NCBI GenBank assembly: GCA_964016885.1
Contig: CAXHJY010001373.1
Location: forward strand, 1 to 64,000
Direction: 5' to 3'
DNA: 64,000 nucleotides
Source: Eledone cirrhosa
Taxonomy: Eukaryota
Part shown: positions 50,856 through 64,000 of the stretch, piece by piece
Numbering within the stretch: position 1 is the stretch's first letter
Layout of the letters: each line of letters starts with the position of its first letter
Notes under the pieces: generated by a model
What the model was told of the DNA's origin: nothing
Database searches by the model: none
Seen by the model: only the letters and a program-made list of their open reading frames with translations
Translations under genes and position numbers: made by a program

Positions 50856-52703
50856 TTAAGGTCAGCTTTGTCATACTTTCCTGGTCAATATAATGAATTG
50901 TGAAACAGTGAGTTGATATAATGTGGTTTGGCTTCATTTCCAAGCTGTAATAATTTCACTTCATTTGAGAATCTTATGACTCTCACCATCACTACCATCA
51001 CATTACATCATTGAACTTTTATTGGAGGTAACCATCATTGTCACCCTTACATCATATGTACCAGTAATATGAGATTGGTTCATTCAGCTGTTCATCTCTC
51101 TTGTATAAGAACAAAATTGTTTAACAATTTAACCACGAATGCTCCCATGAAAATCATGGCCACCTCATTTGACCTCCTCTTTCACCTTCCACACACATAC
51201 TTCATGTTGTTGTTGTTGTTTTGTTAAAAGAAATTTAATATTTAATTATTTCAAGCTTTTCTGAAATTTCTAAAGTGGACCACCATGTTCCGAGTGTGTG
51301 TGTGTGTTCACACGTGTGTGTCTATGTGCACATGTGTGGATGTTGTGATTGTGTGAGAATATGGGTGTGTTTGTGTGCGTATGAGCGAGAATGTCAGACT
51401 GTGTTAGTGTGTGTCTGTCTGTTTCTTGGAACAGTTTTTTTTTTAATTTTGTTTGTATCTAAGGACATTATGATGATGTAAGTAAAACAACTTCTTCATT
51501 AAATACATAGTGAAGGACATGTTACCTTTTGTAAGGGGAAAGAAGCAACATTTATCTTGTTTTTTGTCTTGCATATTATTTCTTCTTTTTATCTGTGTGT
51601 TCTTTGTTTCAGCAAGCTGCAGCTATTGGATATAAATGACATTGCTTAAAGGTTCTTCTAACTCCCTTCCTTGCCCTACATCCTGTGGTAGATCTTTTAA
51701 GAGATGTCCTTTAAACTAATAAAACATTTCTTTAATTCCCAAAGGCATTCTATGATCCTAATTCTCAGAATTTCAAATAGATTTATTGATTTCAATAAGA
51801 TAGCTTTAATCTAAAAAGATTGTCAGTAAAGTATATAAAAATTAAAATATTAAAAAAAATGTTTCTCTAAGTTTTTGCTTTCAAATTCACCATTCTGTTT
51901 GTTAGTTAGCATAAAAATCTCCTCACCTCTACCACTTTCACTGAAAAATCCATTAACTCATGAAAAAACTCATTAACTCATGAAAAAACCCATAAGAAAC
52001 TCATTAACTCGTGAAAAAAAAAACCTCATGAGAAACCCATTAATTCATGAAAAAACCATGAGAAACCCAGTAACTCATGAAACAAACAGTAGATACTGTG
52101 GTGATATTTCATTGTTCAGTATTAAATAGTATTCTAATTTGGTTTTGTATTGAATAGAAATTTGCTTTGTTTAACTCAAATTTCTAATGAAAGACACTGC
52201 CTGTGTGTTTGAATTAATTTTGACAATAACCAAGAATTTGGAAGGATTTAGTATAGTGATTAAGTTTCTCATTATTAAACTAGCATTTGGAACATAACAA
52301 ATGTTCCTATATAAAATGCAATGTTTAATTTTAAATATAAAGTCTGAATACAAGCAGTTACTTATAACACCAGAGATGGTTTGATATCAAAAGAGTTAAA
52401 TACTCTGATGGTTTTTGTGTCTCTGTTTATTAATTCTATATCACCAAACACATCCATTATAATTGTTTAGTGAAGAATTAAATAATATAACTAAGTTTCT
52501 CATTATTTATTTGGTGTTTGGAACATAACTTAACAATGGTTCATACATAGGGTTGAGATGGAAGGATAAACACTTAAAAATAAACAGCTTAGTATTATTG
52601 TAGAACCAAGGGCAGTTTTAGGTGGGTTGCTATCTGATAATTTTCATGAGAGATTGGTAGATATAGTTAAATCAGTATCCGCTAATGATTTACTGTTGGT
52701 TAA

Positions 52704-52880
52704 CCCTTTAGTATTTACATTACTCAATATTTACCATTGTATTTTCATGGTAAATACTATCTCACATACTATTTTGAGAACAATACCTTAACATAAGTGT
52801 GAGCAGCAGGTTATGGCCGGTTTGAACAGAAACAGGTGAGAGAATTCTGGCTGGATATGGCCAGTTTAAATGCTAAAGGG
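52704..52880. mobile_element. piggyBac-type MITE
   Basis: TTAA-CCCTTTAGTATTTA...TAAATGCTAAAGGG-TTAA. Confidence 0.8.
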
Positions 52881-53391
52881 TTAAATATGTACTGTTCAGT
52901 AATTGGGCGTGGCTAAATTAACACTTTCATTACTTTATTTTTAATGAAAGACACTGCCTATGATTTTCAAATAATTTTGAAAATAATCAAGAATTTTGAG
53001 GGATTAAGTAATATGACTAATTTTCTCATTATTTAGTTAGTATTTGGAACATATCTGAACAAAGATAGAATTATGTTGAAAGAAAGTTTATAGATAAACA
53101 AACATTTTAAAGCTAACAGTTTTTGTATTATAGAACCAGGTGCTGTTTTAAGCAGTTTGGTATCAAATGTGTTAACTTTCTTTATGCTTTTAGGTAAGGC
53201 ATGAATGCCCTGCAATCTCATTACAATCCCCTCCCATCTCAATGCTGTCATGTCTAAAGAAGTAAAGGAAAAGATGCATTGTTGTTTTCTTCATGAACAC
53301 CTTTTTGATACTGTACACTTCGCTCTTGATCAGGTGTAAGGACTGGTTCACTTGTGTGTATGTGTATTTTTCTGTGAGGATGGTATGGTTG

Positions 53392-53415
53392 TCTCTCTCG
53401 CTCTCTCTCTCTCAT

Positions 53416-53510
<95 letters not shown>
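53392..53510. repeat. (CT)n microsatellite just upstream of the 53548 acceptor
   Basis: Seen directly. Confidence 0.95.
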
Positions 53511-53512
<2 letters not shown>

Positions 53513-53547
53513 GATATTGAATCTCTTCTTCTCCTGACTTCCGACAG

Positions 53548-54711
53548 TACTGCGGGTGGAGGCTGGAGGTGGCCGCACTTCGTCACTCTTTCCGATGTCT
53601 TCGTCTTCTTCGTCGGTGATGATGATGATGGACAGCAGCGGAGCTGGTGGCGGTGTTGGCAGTGGTGTTGGTGTTAATGGTGGAGCCGTACTACAAACAG
53701 TGGAAGTCCACAACACCTCACCGATCACCTCTACACCACCATCCCCTACTAATGCCACCACTGTTGCTGCTACTACTGCTGCTGCTGTTGCTACCACTAC
53801 TACTCCACCTCCTACTTCTACTGCTGTTGATGATAATGAGGATGTTGCTAATGATGAGGATGATGATGCTGATGCTGTGGATGACACGACGATGACCGCC
53901 ACACGACCCAATGTTGCTCTGCCGGCCGTGCTAAGTACGTCAGGTTCCGCTCCACCCTCTTCTTCTCATTCCTCCACCTTTCGCTACTCTTTCTCCTCCT
54001 CATCCCACTCCTCTGTGTCTGACTGCTCCTCTGCCCGCTCCTCAATGTCAGCCTCCTCCTCATCTTTGGCTTCCTTTGTCTCTTCCTACTCCACCGTCTC
54101 TCTGTCGTCATGTCCGTCCACCACCGTCGAACTTCCAGGAACAGTTGAGGAATCCTCTCCCACCATTACTGCTAACAGCCCCACCACCACCACCACTGCT
54201 AACAGTCCCACCACCACCACTGCTAACAGTCCCATCACCACCACTGCAAACGGTACCACCACCACTGCTCACAGCCCCACCACCATCACTACAGCTAACA
54301 GTCCCACTATTGCCACCACTACCACTGCTACCAGTCCTAACACCACCACCACCAACACTACCCCATACACTCCCGCCACCACTGCAAACAGTCCCACCAG
54401 CACTGCAGCTATTAGCCCCACCACCACCACCACCATCACCATTGACACCTCAGATTTGACTGTCACCATAGATACAGCAGAGGAGCCAGTAGAAGACATC
54501 AACCCTCTACCATTACCTCCTGCCCCTTCTCCACCATCACCACCACCACCTCCATCGTCACCACCACTACCTCCATCACCAACACCACCAACACCACCAC
54601 CTCCACCACCATCATCACCGCCACTACCACCGCCGTCTGTTCCTGCAGTGATTGTGTCATCATCCTCCGTTGCATTGAATCTACCAGCTAAAGTATCCCT
54701 CCATGCCACAG
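53548..54711 (+). CDS. PCNX: Probable large low-complexity (Ser/Thr/Pro) pecanex exon
   Basis: (CT)n tract and CAG acceptor, 1164-nt open frame, donor CAG/GTGAGA. Phase 1-1, which fits exon 3. No sequence homology recognised. Confidence 0.65.
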
Positions 54712-55622
54712 GTGAGACAAACATATGTTCACACATATACCTACCCACACACCCACACACACACACTTGTGTGTATATATATATATATATATATATACAC
54801 CCACATACATATGACATATACACGCAGTCTTATACAGACGTACATAAATGGCTCAAGAGATAGATATTCCTTCATGCACATGCACACACATATACATACA
54901 TACACACACATAAATGATATACACATTTGTGTATATATATACACACATACACACATAAATAGCATATACATGCAATCATATTCAGACATACATAAATGGC
55001 TCAAGAGATAGGTATATATTCATTCACACACATGCACACACACACACACACACATGCACACACACACACACATACATACATACACACACATATACATACC
55101 ATATACACACACATATACATACCATATACACACATACATGGTTGATGATACATAAATACAGTCACAGATACACATGCATAGTACCTCTCACATACATACA
55201 TATACAGTCATACTCACATGCATAAATGGCTCAATTCATGCAAACATAGTCACACACATACACACACACACACACACACCTTCACAAAGGTAGATATGTT
55301 CTTGTACCTAATTTAAGAGGAGAAGAATCTGGTGTAGGGGTTCAATTTGGTGTGAGGAAGAGTGTCATGTCCGTTGGACCTTATCTTAAGATAGCACCAC
55401 ACAAATCCTACTACTGTTACTACTACTACATGAAAATCAATTGAATATAGAGGTTAGACTGTGTGTGTGCGTGCGTGGTGGTTTTTAAACATTTTTACTA
55501 GTATGTTATGTAGTGGACTTTATATATTTATATACAAAGCCGAGCCTTACAACTGTTGCTACTCTGCTTCTCTCATTTCCATTTTTCATGTATGTGTGTG
55601 TATGAATATATATATATATATA

Positions 55623-55955
55623 GGAGGCACATGGCTTAGTGGTTAGAGCATTGGCCTTGCAATCGAAAGGTTGTGAGTTCAATTCTCAGACCGGGTGATG
55701 TTGTTTCCTTGAGCAAGACACTTTATTTCACATTGCTCCAGTTTACTCAGCTGTAGAAATGAGATGATAGGACTGGGGTCCCTATCATTCCACTGCAAAG
55801 TGGACGTGTAGGCGCCACGGAAAAAAAGCACCCAGCACTCACTGTAAATGAGGTTGGTGTTAGGAAGGGCATCCAGCTGTAGAAATCATGCCAGAATCAG
55901 TTCCCGTCACACCCTTGCATGTAGGGAAAAGCGGACGTAAAATGAAATGATGATA
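55623..55955 (+). mobile_element. tRNA-derived SINE with an RTE-derived 3' tail
   Basis: A and B boxes. The tail GGTTGGTGTTAGGAAGGGCATCCAGCTGTAGAAA...GGACGT.AAA(TGA)n is shared with the RTE LINE. Confidence 0.85.
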
Positions 55956-56360
55956 TATATAATAATAACGATTTGTTATATCTTCATTACCCTTATTATT
56001 ATTACACTCTGCTTAGTACTACACCTCTATACTTACTGGAAACTATGCATCGAGTGCTCACTCTGGTGAACCTACAGTAACTGGACATTACAATCCCTAT
56101 ATATATATATATACATCATCATATAATGATACTGTGTTTCAATGGGGAATATGTGCACTGTATCCTTGCGTGTCATAAGAGTCGACTCGAAAGGCTTGGT
56201 GCCAGGAAGGGCATTCAGCCATAAAATCATAAAATATTGCCTCATAAACGACTCCATGATGAGCGTAAAGCCTTTTACAGGGTCTGAATCGCTAACCCCT
56301 GCTTTAGTAGAGAAAATGAACCTAAAATATTTGCATACTTGCTGCTACTGCATATATATA

Positions 56361-56535
56361 TATTAAAATTAGAAATAGCTTTCGCCGTATTTTTTTGACT
56401 AAAGAAATTTTAGCCTGATAGGGGGGTTTAGATCCCTCAAAAAAATGTAAAAAGGTGAGGGTTCTAAACCCCACTATCAGACTAAAATTTCTCTAGTCAA
56501 AAATACGGCGAAAGCTTTATTTCTAATTTCAATAT
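56361..56535. repeat. Imperfect inverted repeat (~78-bp arms)
   Basis: AAATTAGAAATAGCTTTCGCCGTATTTTT...CCCTCA pairs with TGAGGG...AAAAATACGGCGAAAGCTTTATTTCTAATTT. Confidence 0.85.
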
Positions 56536-56622
56536 CACTCGCTGTTTAAAGACATACTTATGTAAATATACTTGCTTGTATAAATGTCATATGACAAAAG
56601 GTAAGTATTTATTATTCATGAA

Positions 56623-56689
56623 ATCAGTCAAACTGGGATAGTGTTTGTTTCATTTGGTTCCTATGTCTCTACCGAAACTCATCAGTAAT
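56623..56689 (-). ncRNA. Degenerate type I hammerhead
   Basis: ATTA-CTGATGA-GTTTCGGT...ACCAAAT-GAAA-CAAAC[9 nt]GTTTG-AC-TGAT. The triplet is GAC instead of GUC. Confidence 0.5.
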
Positions 56690-56799
56690 ATATTTTGACT
56701 GCAATAATACCCAACTTCCCGAATATATATTTCCACTATAGTAGTCTGGTGTGGTTGTTGCAACCAAGAGAGGTCGAGATACCCAAGCTCTTTCATATA

Positions 56800-57132
56800 C
56801 AGAGTACCCCTGGCATTCGTGGTCCCGGCATTCACAGTCCTGGTTATTAGCAGAATTTTCCTTAGAACCTAACTAATAGTTGTTCTTGGAAACCACTGCA
56901 TATTCGTGGAATTGTAAATATCTTCCGCGGTTTTTTCTTGTGGCTTTTTTCGTGGCAATATAGATTTTTTTCACACTTTTTAATGCTAAATTATTAATAA
57001 CAATATACCGTATTTGTCAGCCTATATTTTACTTTGTTTTGACTTTATAGTCATTTTCATGGACCATGTCACGGCTTTTCACTCTTCATGGGTGCTCTAG
57101 GAATGTAACCCACGAACACCGAGGGACAACTG
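56800..57132. mobile_element. Tc1/mariner (Tigger-like) MITE
   Basis: TA-CAGAGTACCCCTGGCATTCGTG...CACGAACACCGAGGGACAACTG-TA. Confidence 0.7.
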
Positions 57133-57712
57133 TATATCCAGTTTTGCTATAGTTTCTACAACTGGATGCCCTTTCTGACACTAACCACCTTACAAATTTT
57201 GAGTACATTTTATTGTGACACTAATACTGGAGTGGTGGTTGTTTTCTACAAACCCAAAGACCTCTCTGTACCCTACATTGTCTCCTTTTGATTGCTGGAG
57301 TAAAAAAAAAAAAGGGCAAAGACCAGCAGTCGCCCTTGCAAACCAGTCTCTCCTCTCCACGCCACCGATGTTGTCCAACGGAGAGGCAACGGCCAATACA
57401 GCTTGGCACCAGTGACGTTGTAACTCATTTCTACAGCGGAGTGAACTGGAGCAATGTGAAATAGTATCTTGCTCAAGAACAACGCAAAGTCCAGTCTGAG
57501 AATCGAACCCACAACCTCACGGTCATCAGCCCTAAGCTCTAACCAGCAAGCCTTGCGCATTCATATTTTTGGAGTATACTAGGTTTATTTTATTGTGGCA
57601 TCAACACTAGATAGGTACTCATATCCTTTGCAAAGCTAGAGACACCACTTTACTCCACCTAGTCTCGTGGGAATGGGAGAGTGATATTTAAATATATTTT
57701 AATATACTTTAA

Positions 57713-58180
57713 CTCTTTAGCATTTACATTACTCTATATTTACTAATGTATTTTCATGGTAAAGGCTTTACCTCACATAATTATCCCACATAATATTGAA
57801 TCTATGAGATTTTGATATTATTTATTTTGAAGGAAAATGCCTTAACATAAATATGAGCAGCCAGTTTTGGCCGGGTTGAACAGAAAGAGGTGAGAGAATT
57901 CTGGCCGGATACAGCTGGTTTAAATGCTAAAGGGTTAAAATACTAACAGGCATGGAATGATTTATACTGTTTAACCCTTTCATTACCATATTTCTAACAA
58001 AAGGCACTGCAAATGATTTTGAGATAATTTTGGAATTTAGAGAGATTTGATAATACTAGCTTTTTCAATAAGCTGGTTTTTAAAGCATAACTTAGTGAAG
58101 ATAGATAAATATAAACACTTTAAAGCAAACAGTTTTGTATTATAGAACCAAGATTTCTATGTGGGTTGGTATCAGAGGGG
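57713..58180. mobile_element. Two adjacent piggyBac-type MITEs (57713-57934 and 57975-58180)
   Basis: Each is bounded by TTAA and has CCC/CTC...GGG termini. Confidence 0.75.
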
Positions 58181-59218
58181 TTAAATTTGTCACCTGAACA
58201 TGGGGGCTATAGAGTAACTAATCTGTCTCTGATTTTTCTGCTATATATATATTTTTCTATAATCAATATTTAGTATATCTCATAACAATGTGTGTGTGTA
58301 TACATTTTTACCAGTGTTTGTGTTTTATCTAACCACCTTCCACTATCATGACATAACCGTATCACCATTACTCTTATTCTAGCTACCATCACATATTCAT
58401 ACCACCATCACCTACTTAGCTATCATCAACTACCTTCACATGTCTCTACCATCTTGACATGGCTCTACAGTAACTACCATCTCATATTCATATCACCATC
58501 ACCTACTTCTACTGTAGCTTCACATATCCATGCCACCTTGACATCACTCTACAGTAATTACCATCACATATTCATACCACCATCACAAAATCCTGCCAAC
58601 TTGATCTGCCTCTGCTCTGTATACCATCCAGTATTACCATCACATGATCACACTACCATCAACTTATGATGTATTTCTACTGAAACTACCATTACATCAA
58701 CATACCACTAACACTATCACCACCACATGCCTCTACTCTAGCTTCTATTTATCATACTAATGTCACCACCACAAGATCATACCACCATGATCTGCCTCTA
58801 CTATAAGCTAACATCCACCATCACATGTCCATAACTCTATCACTTATTATGTATATATATCCATACCACCAGCCACTCCTATCATATCAGTATCAAGATT
58901 GTAGTTAGCACTCTACAACACACAGGAAACTACTAGTCATGACAATGATGATGATTAATGATGGTTTCTCTTTGAGTGTTCTCTATAATTATATTGTGAA
59001 GTTGCTGTTCTCTCTATATATATGTATGCAGGATTGTTCATACACACCTACCCATCCACCAACACCTACCCACATACACACACATATGTTTGTATATTCT
59101 TTTATTACTTTACTGGTTTTTTATATCGACCCCAGTACTTTCTTTTTTCAAGTTTTGCACTTATTTTGTTGAATCACGAAGTTACAGGACATAAACAGTA
59201 AACGTAACTGACACACAC

Positions 59219-59281
<63 letters not shown>

Positions 59282-59486
59282 TACATACACACAATGGGCT
59301 TCCACACAGCTTCTGTCAAAATTTACTCACAGAATTTACTCGATCTAAGGCTATTGTGGAAAACACTTGTTCAAAGTGTTAAGCAATGGGACTGAACCCA
59401 AAAGCATGTGGTTGCGAAGTGAACTCCTTAACCACACAGCCATGCCTGAGACTACTGTGTGTACATATATTTATTCATTAAGCTAC

Positions 59487-59544
59487 TTTTCTGATGAAGC
59501 TTAGCGAATACAACAATTTGCTGAAACATTGTGGTCATGTAAGA
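59487..59544 (+). ncRNA. Type I hammerhead candidate with a weak stem I
   Basis: TTT-CTGATGA-AGC...GCT-GAAA-CAT[TGTGGTC]ATG-TA-AGA. Triplet GUA. Confidence 0.6.
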
Positions 59545-60629
59545 TTGCTAAATACTAATAACATATATTTAGAATCCTTATTCAATTTAATCAAATTTAT
59601 CCCCTTAAATATCTAGCCCTGACCCTGCGTCTATGTTAGAAATATTCCTCACTCCAGATGAGTAATACAATAATTGTCTTCCCCAGGAGCAATATAATAT
59701 AGTAGCAGTTGATTATACCTCTTCCCTGAACTTATCATCATCATTACCATTCTTATTATTTACTTAATAAACCAACCATTATTTACTTATGGCTCTTCAT
59801 GTTTTTAGTTTCCATTTCCACTGAGATCCCAACTTTGCCTTTCATCCTTCCAAGGGTTGATAAAATAAAGTACCAATCAGCTATTGGGTTGATATAATCA
59901 ACTTATCCCTTGTCCCAAAGACTGGATGGTAGAATCAATGAACGGATATTTATTTGTGCCCCTTTACATTCTGGGTCAGGTTGTAATAATATACTGAATC
60001 AATTTAAATGACTCCTGCCTCCACAAATGTGTGGTATTGTGTTATTGTGTCTATATTAGAAATTATTATCAAAATGTTAATGATAATGCATGTATGTGTA
60101 GTGTTTTCTTGTGTCTATGTTGTCATGTGGATGTTTCTTATGTTGTCACATTTATGTTATCACGTCTATGTTGTATAAGTCCAGCACCTCTGTTATAGTG
60201 TATTAACAATTTCCACTTGTACTATCGCTATCTGATAAATAACTCTTGTCATCTTTGTTGTATACTATCTCTGCTATTGCAGCATCTTTTTAAGGATGCC
60301 ACTCAAACCTCTCTCTCTCTTTCTCTCCATCTTACTCTTATGCAAATATTCAAGTTTGAAAACTGTAGTTTTTATAAACATGTTTTTGTTCCTAATTGTT
60401 GCTTATTTAATATCACCTCTTCTGCTGTTGTTAACATATAAATATATATATGAATATATATATTGGGAGTTATCAGTTCGGACTAGTAAAACCATTATAT
60501 ATACATATATATTAAATGTATGTGTGGGTAGTGCTTTTGTGACTGGCAGCACCCTAAATGAAAGGATGTGACCTTCATAACAATTTGATGTACTTTATGG
60601 AAAGCAGTGAACTGAACTGCACTCTAGAT

Positions 60630-60913
60630 CAAGGGGTCCCCAAAATGGTCGATATCAGCCCCCAGGGATCGATAGGGTGACCAAGGAGGTTAAATGAACT
60701 TTTGGTTCAAAACCTGACATTTATATAAGAAATAAAGATATGTAAAATAATACAGTAAAGTACAACTTACTTGTATGTACAGATTTCTGATTTATATAAA
60801 AGTTAGTCTTTATGCTCTATTTATTTTATACTGTTTATTTATATATTTATGTACATGTCTGCAGTCAATGGAGAGTCAAGGTTTCTGTGAAGGGGGTCAA
60901 TAGAATAGTCCCT
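60630..60913. mobile_element. Probable hAT-type MITE
   Basis: CAAGGGGTCCCC...GTCCCTG ends, with similar 8-bp flanks CTCTAGAT / TTGTAGAT. Confidence 0.5.
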
Positions 60914-61099
60914 GTTGTAGATATGTATTCAGGTAGCCTGTATCTCACTAAGTCTGAGACTATATTATGAATCTGAAAGTTGTTTCAGTTAATCAATAAA
61001 TCTTAAACCAGTTACAGGGGTTTCCAGTCAACAACTGCTGTCAGTCACACATAACAGCACCTATAGTGTAAACATGTTGCTTCACATATACCTATGCAT

Positions 61100-62232
61100 T
61101 ATATATATATAGTATGTGTATATATATATATATATATAGTATGTGTATATATATTTATATATATATAGTATGTGTATATATATTTATATATATATAGTAT
61201 GTGTATATATATTTATATATATATAGTATGTGTATATATATTTATATATATATATAGTGTGTATATATATTTATATATATATAGTATGTGTATATATATT
61301 TATATATATATAGTATGTGTATATATATTTATATATATATATAGTATGTGTATATATATTTATATATATATATAGTATGTGTATATATATTTATATATAT
61401 ATATAGTATGTGTATATATATTTATATATATATATAGTATGTGTATATATATTTATATATATATATAGTATGTGTATATATATTTATATATATATAGTAT
61501 GTGTATATATATTTATATATATATATAGTATGTGTATATATATTTATATATATATATATAGTATGTGTATATATATTTATATATATATATAGTATGTGTA
61601 TATATATTTATATATATATAGTATGTGTATATATATTTATATATATATATAGTATGTGTATATATATTTATATATATATATATAGTATGTGTATATATAT
61701 TTATATATATATATATAGTATGTGTATATATATTTATATATATATATAGTATGTGTATATATATTTATATATATATATATATAGTATGTGCATATATAGT
61801 ATGTGTATATATATTTATATATATATATAGTATGTGTATATATATTTATATATATATAGTATGTGTATACATATTTATATATATATAGTATGTGTATATA
61901 TATTTATATATATAGTATGTGTATATATATTTATATATAGTATGTGTATATATATTTATATATAGTATGTGTATATATATTTATATATAGTATGTGTATA
62001 TATATTTATATATCTAGTATGTGTATATATATTTATATATATATATATAGTATGTGTATATATATTTATATATATATATATAGTATGTGTATATATATTT
62101 ATATATATATATAGTATGTGTATATATATTTATATATATATATATAGTATGTGTATATATATTTATATATATATATATAGTATGTGTATATATATATATA
62201 TATATATATAGTATGTGTATATATATATATAT

Positions 62233-62295
<63 letters not shown>

Positions 62296-62323
62296 GTATG
62301 TGTGTATATATATATATATATAT

Positions 62324-62359
<36 letters not shown>

Positions 62360-63101
62360 GTATGTGTATATATATATAGTATGTGTATGTATGTGTATAT
62401 ATATATAGTATGTGTATGTATGTGTATATATATATAGTATGTGTATATATATATATAGTATGTGTATATATATTTATATATATATATAGTATGTGTATAT
62501 ATATTTATATATATATATAGTATGTGTATATATATTTATATATATATATAGTATGTGTATATATATTTATATATATATATAGTATGTGTATATATATTTA
62601 TATATATATATAGTATGTGTATATATATTTATATATATATATAGTATGTGTATATATATTTATATATATATATAGTATGTGTATATATATTTATATATAT
62701 ATATAGTATGTGTATATATATTTATATATATATATAGTATGTGTATATATATTTATATATATATATAGTATGTGTATATATATTTATATATATATATAGT
62801 ATGTGTATATATATTTATATATATATATAGTATGTGTATATATATTTATATATATATATAGTATGTGTATATATGTGTATATATATTTATATATATATAT
62901 AGTATGTGTATATATATTTATATATATATATAGTATGTGTATATATATTTATATATATATATAGTATGTGTATATATATATTTATATATATATAGTATGT
63001 GTATATATATTTATATATATATAGTATGTGTGTGTATATATTTATATATATATAGTATGTGTGTGTATATATATATATATATATAGTATGTGTATATATA
63101 T
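61100..63101. repeat. AT-rich compound minisatellite (~28-34 bp unit)
   Basis: Tandem (TA)nGTATGTG(TA)nTT units. Confidence 0.95.
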
Positions 63102-64000
63102 TTTTTCTTCCGCTGAGATTTCAGTGTTTTGCTTGGTTGTTTGGTGTTTAGTTTTAGAAGAAAGTTTAGATGTTGTGATAGCAATTTGCTTTTATTTATT
63201 GCTTTCTTTTCTTTCTTTTCTTTCTTTTCTTCCTTTTCTTCCTTTTCTTCCTTTTCTTCCTTTATTCTTTTTTCTACTTTTCCTCTTTCTTGTTTTTCTT
63301 ATGCACCTTTTTTAAACTCTTGCAATAAATGCTATCTTTGAATGTTTTTATTTTTTCTGGCTTTAAACAGTTGTTTGTGATCTATATTTGCTGATTGTGG
63401 ATGGTGTTGGAGTTTAGAGTCCTCTCATTTGGTTGTTCACCATAATTACTACTAGTATTGTAGTTTAGGTCTGTCATTGATACTAATGTGGGATTTTTAG
63501 CTGAAAACCCTCCTACATACACATCTGGTACTGAAAATACTCTAGTTGGTATATATCTTAATAATTCACAAATTTGAATAACATAGTTGTCTCGGGTGAC
63601 CTGGTGGTAGGTATTAGAGATGATGGAGATCCTTGTTTGGGGGTTAAATCTTGGTCAAGATCTGCACAAAGGGGGTCTTACTAATTTACGGTACCAGTGC
63701 CTCAGCTTGGCCTCAGCCCCTCGGCTCGAATACCTAATAGAGTAATATGCTATGAGATCAAATCATTATATTTTAAGCAAAGCTTTTCATAAGAGAGAGA
63801 AAGAATTAAAAATAAATATTTTTAGCAGAACTGGTGATATAGGTTTTAAATTGGCAGGAAATTAGCAGCCATTAAAGTATTGGATTAAATGCCTCATAGC
63901 ATTTTTTATGGCTTTTCGCACTCTCTGAGTTCAAATCTGTCTGAGTTCAAATATGCCTTTTTGGTTTGATAAATAACATATCAATCTGGGATAGCAGATT

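Noticed and set aside
53348-53911. Minus-strand 187-aa ORF (and 54269-54823)
   Set aside because: These are antisense shadows of the low-complexity exon. The splice signals support the + strand only.
55623-55695. tRNA gene
   Set aside because: It has A and B boxes but continues into a SINE body and RTE tail, with no proper acceptor stem. It is a SINE head.
61100-63101. Many YIYI/CVY-rich ORFs (also at 15660-16093, 35781-36573 and 47275-48527)
   Set aside because: These are translation artefacts of microsatellites and minisatellites.

Overview
Repeat-rich animal genomic DNA, most likely an octopus or other coleoid cephalopod. This is inferred from the SINE families, the RTE/Tx1/R4/Penelope content and the AT microsatellites. 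The only host gene I can support is the 5' part of a pecanex (PCNX) gene on the + strand. Four phase-compatible coding exons lie at 24990-25142, 40784-41004, 41939-42114 and 53548-54711, and the gene continues past the window. The rest is mobile DNA: a Tx1/L1 ORF2, a complete hAT element with a non-coding LTR element nested in it, two R4-type LINEs inserted in (TATG)n tails, an RTE LINE with a long intact ORF, Penelope and mariner relics, many SINEs and MITEs, and four minisatellites. The most notable unannotated signal is a set of type I hammerhead ribozyme motifs. Two are complete (27362-27414 +, 38592-38662 -) and several are degenerate; some sit in fold-back palindromes inside the pecanex introns. 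A candidate HDV-like ribozyme occurs in a tandemly nested, internally deleted RTE-derived element. All ribozyme folds were worked out by eye and none is tested. Repeat boundaries are approximate unless TIRs or TSDs are quoted.
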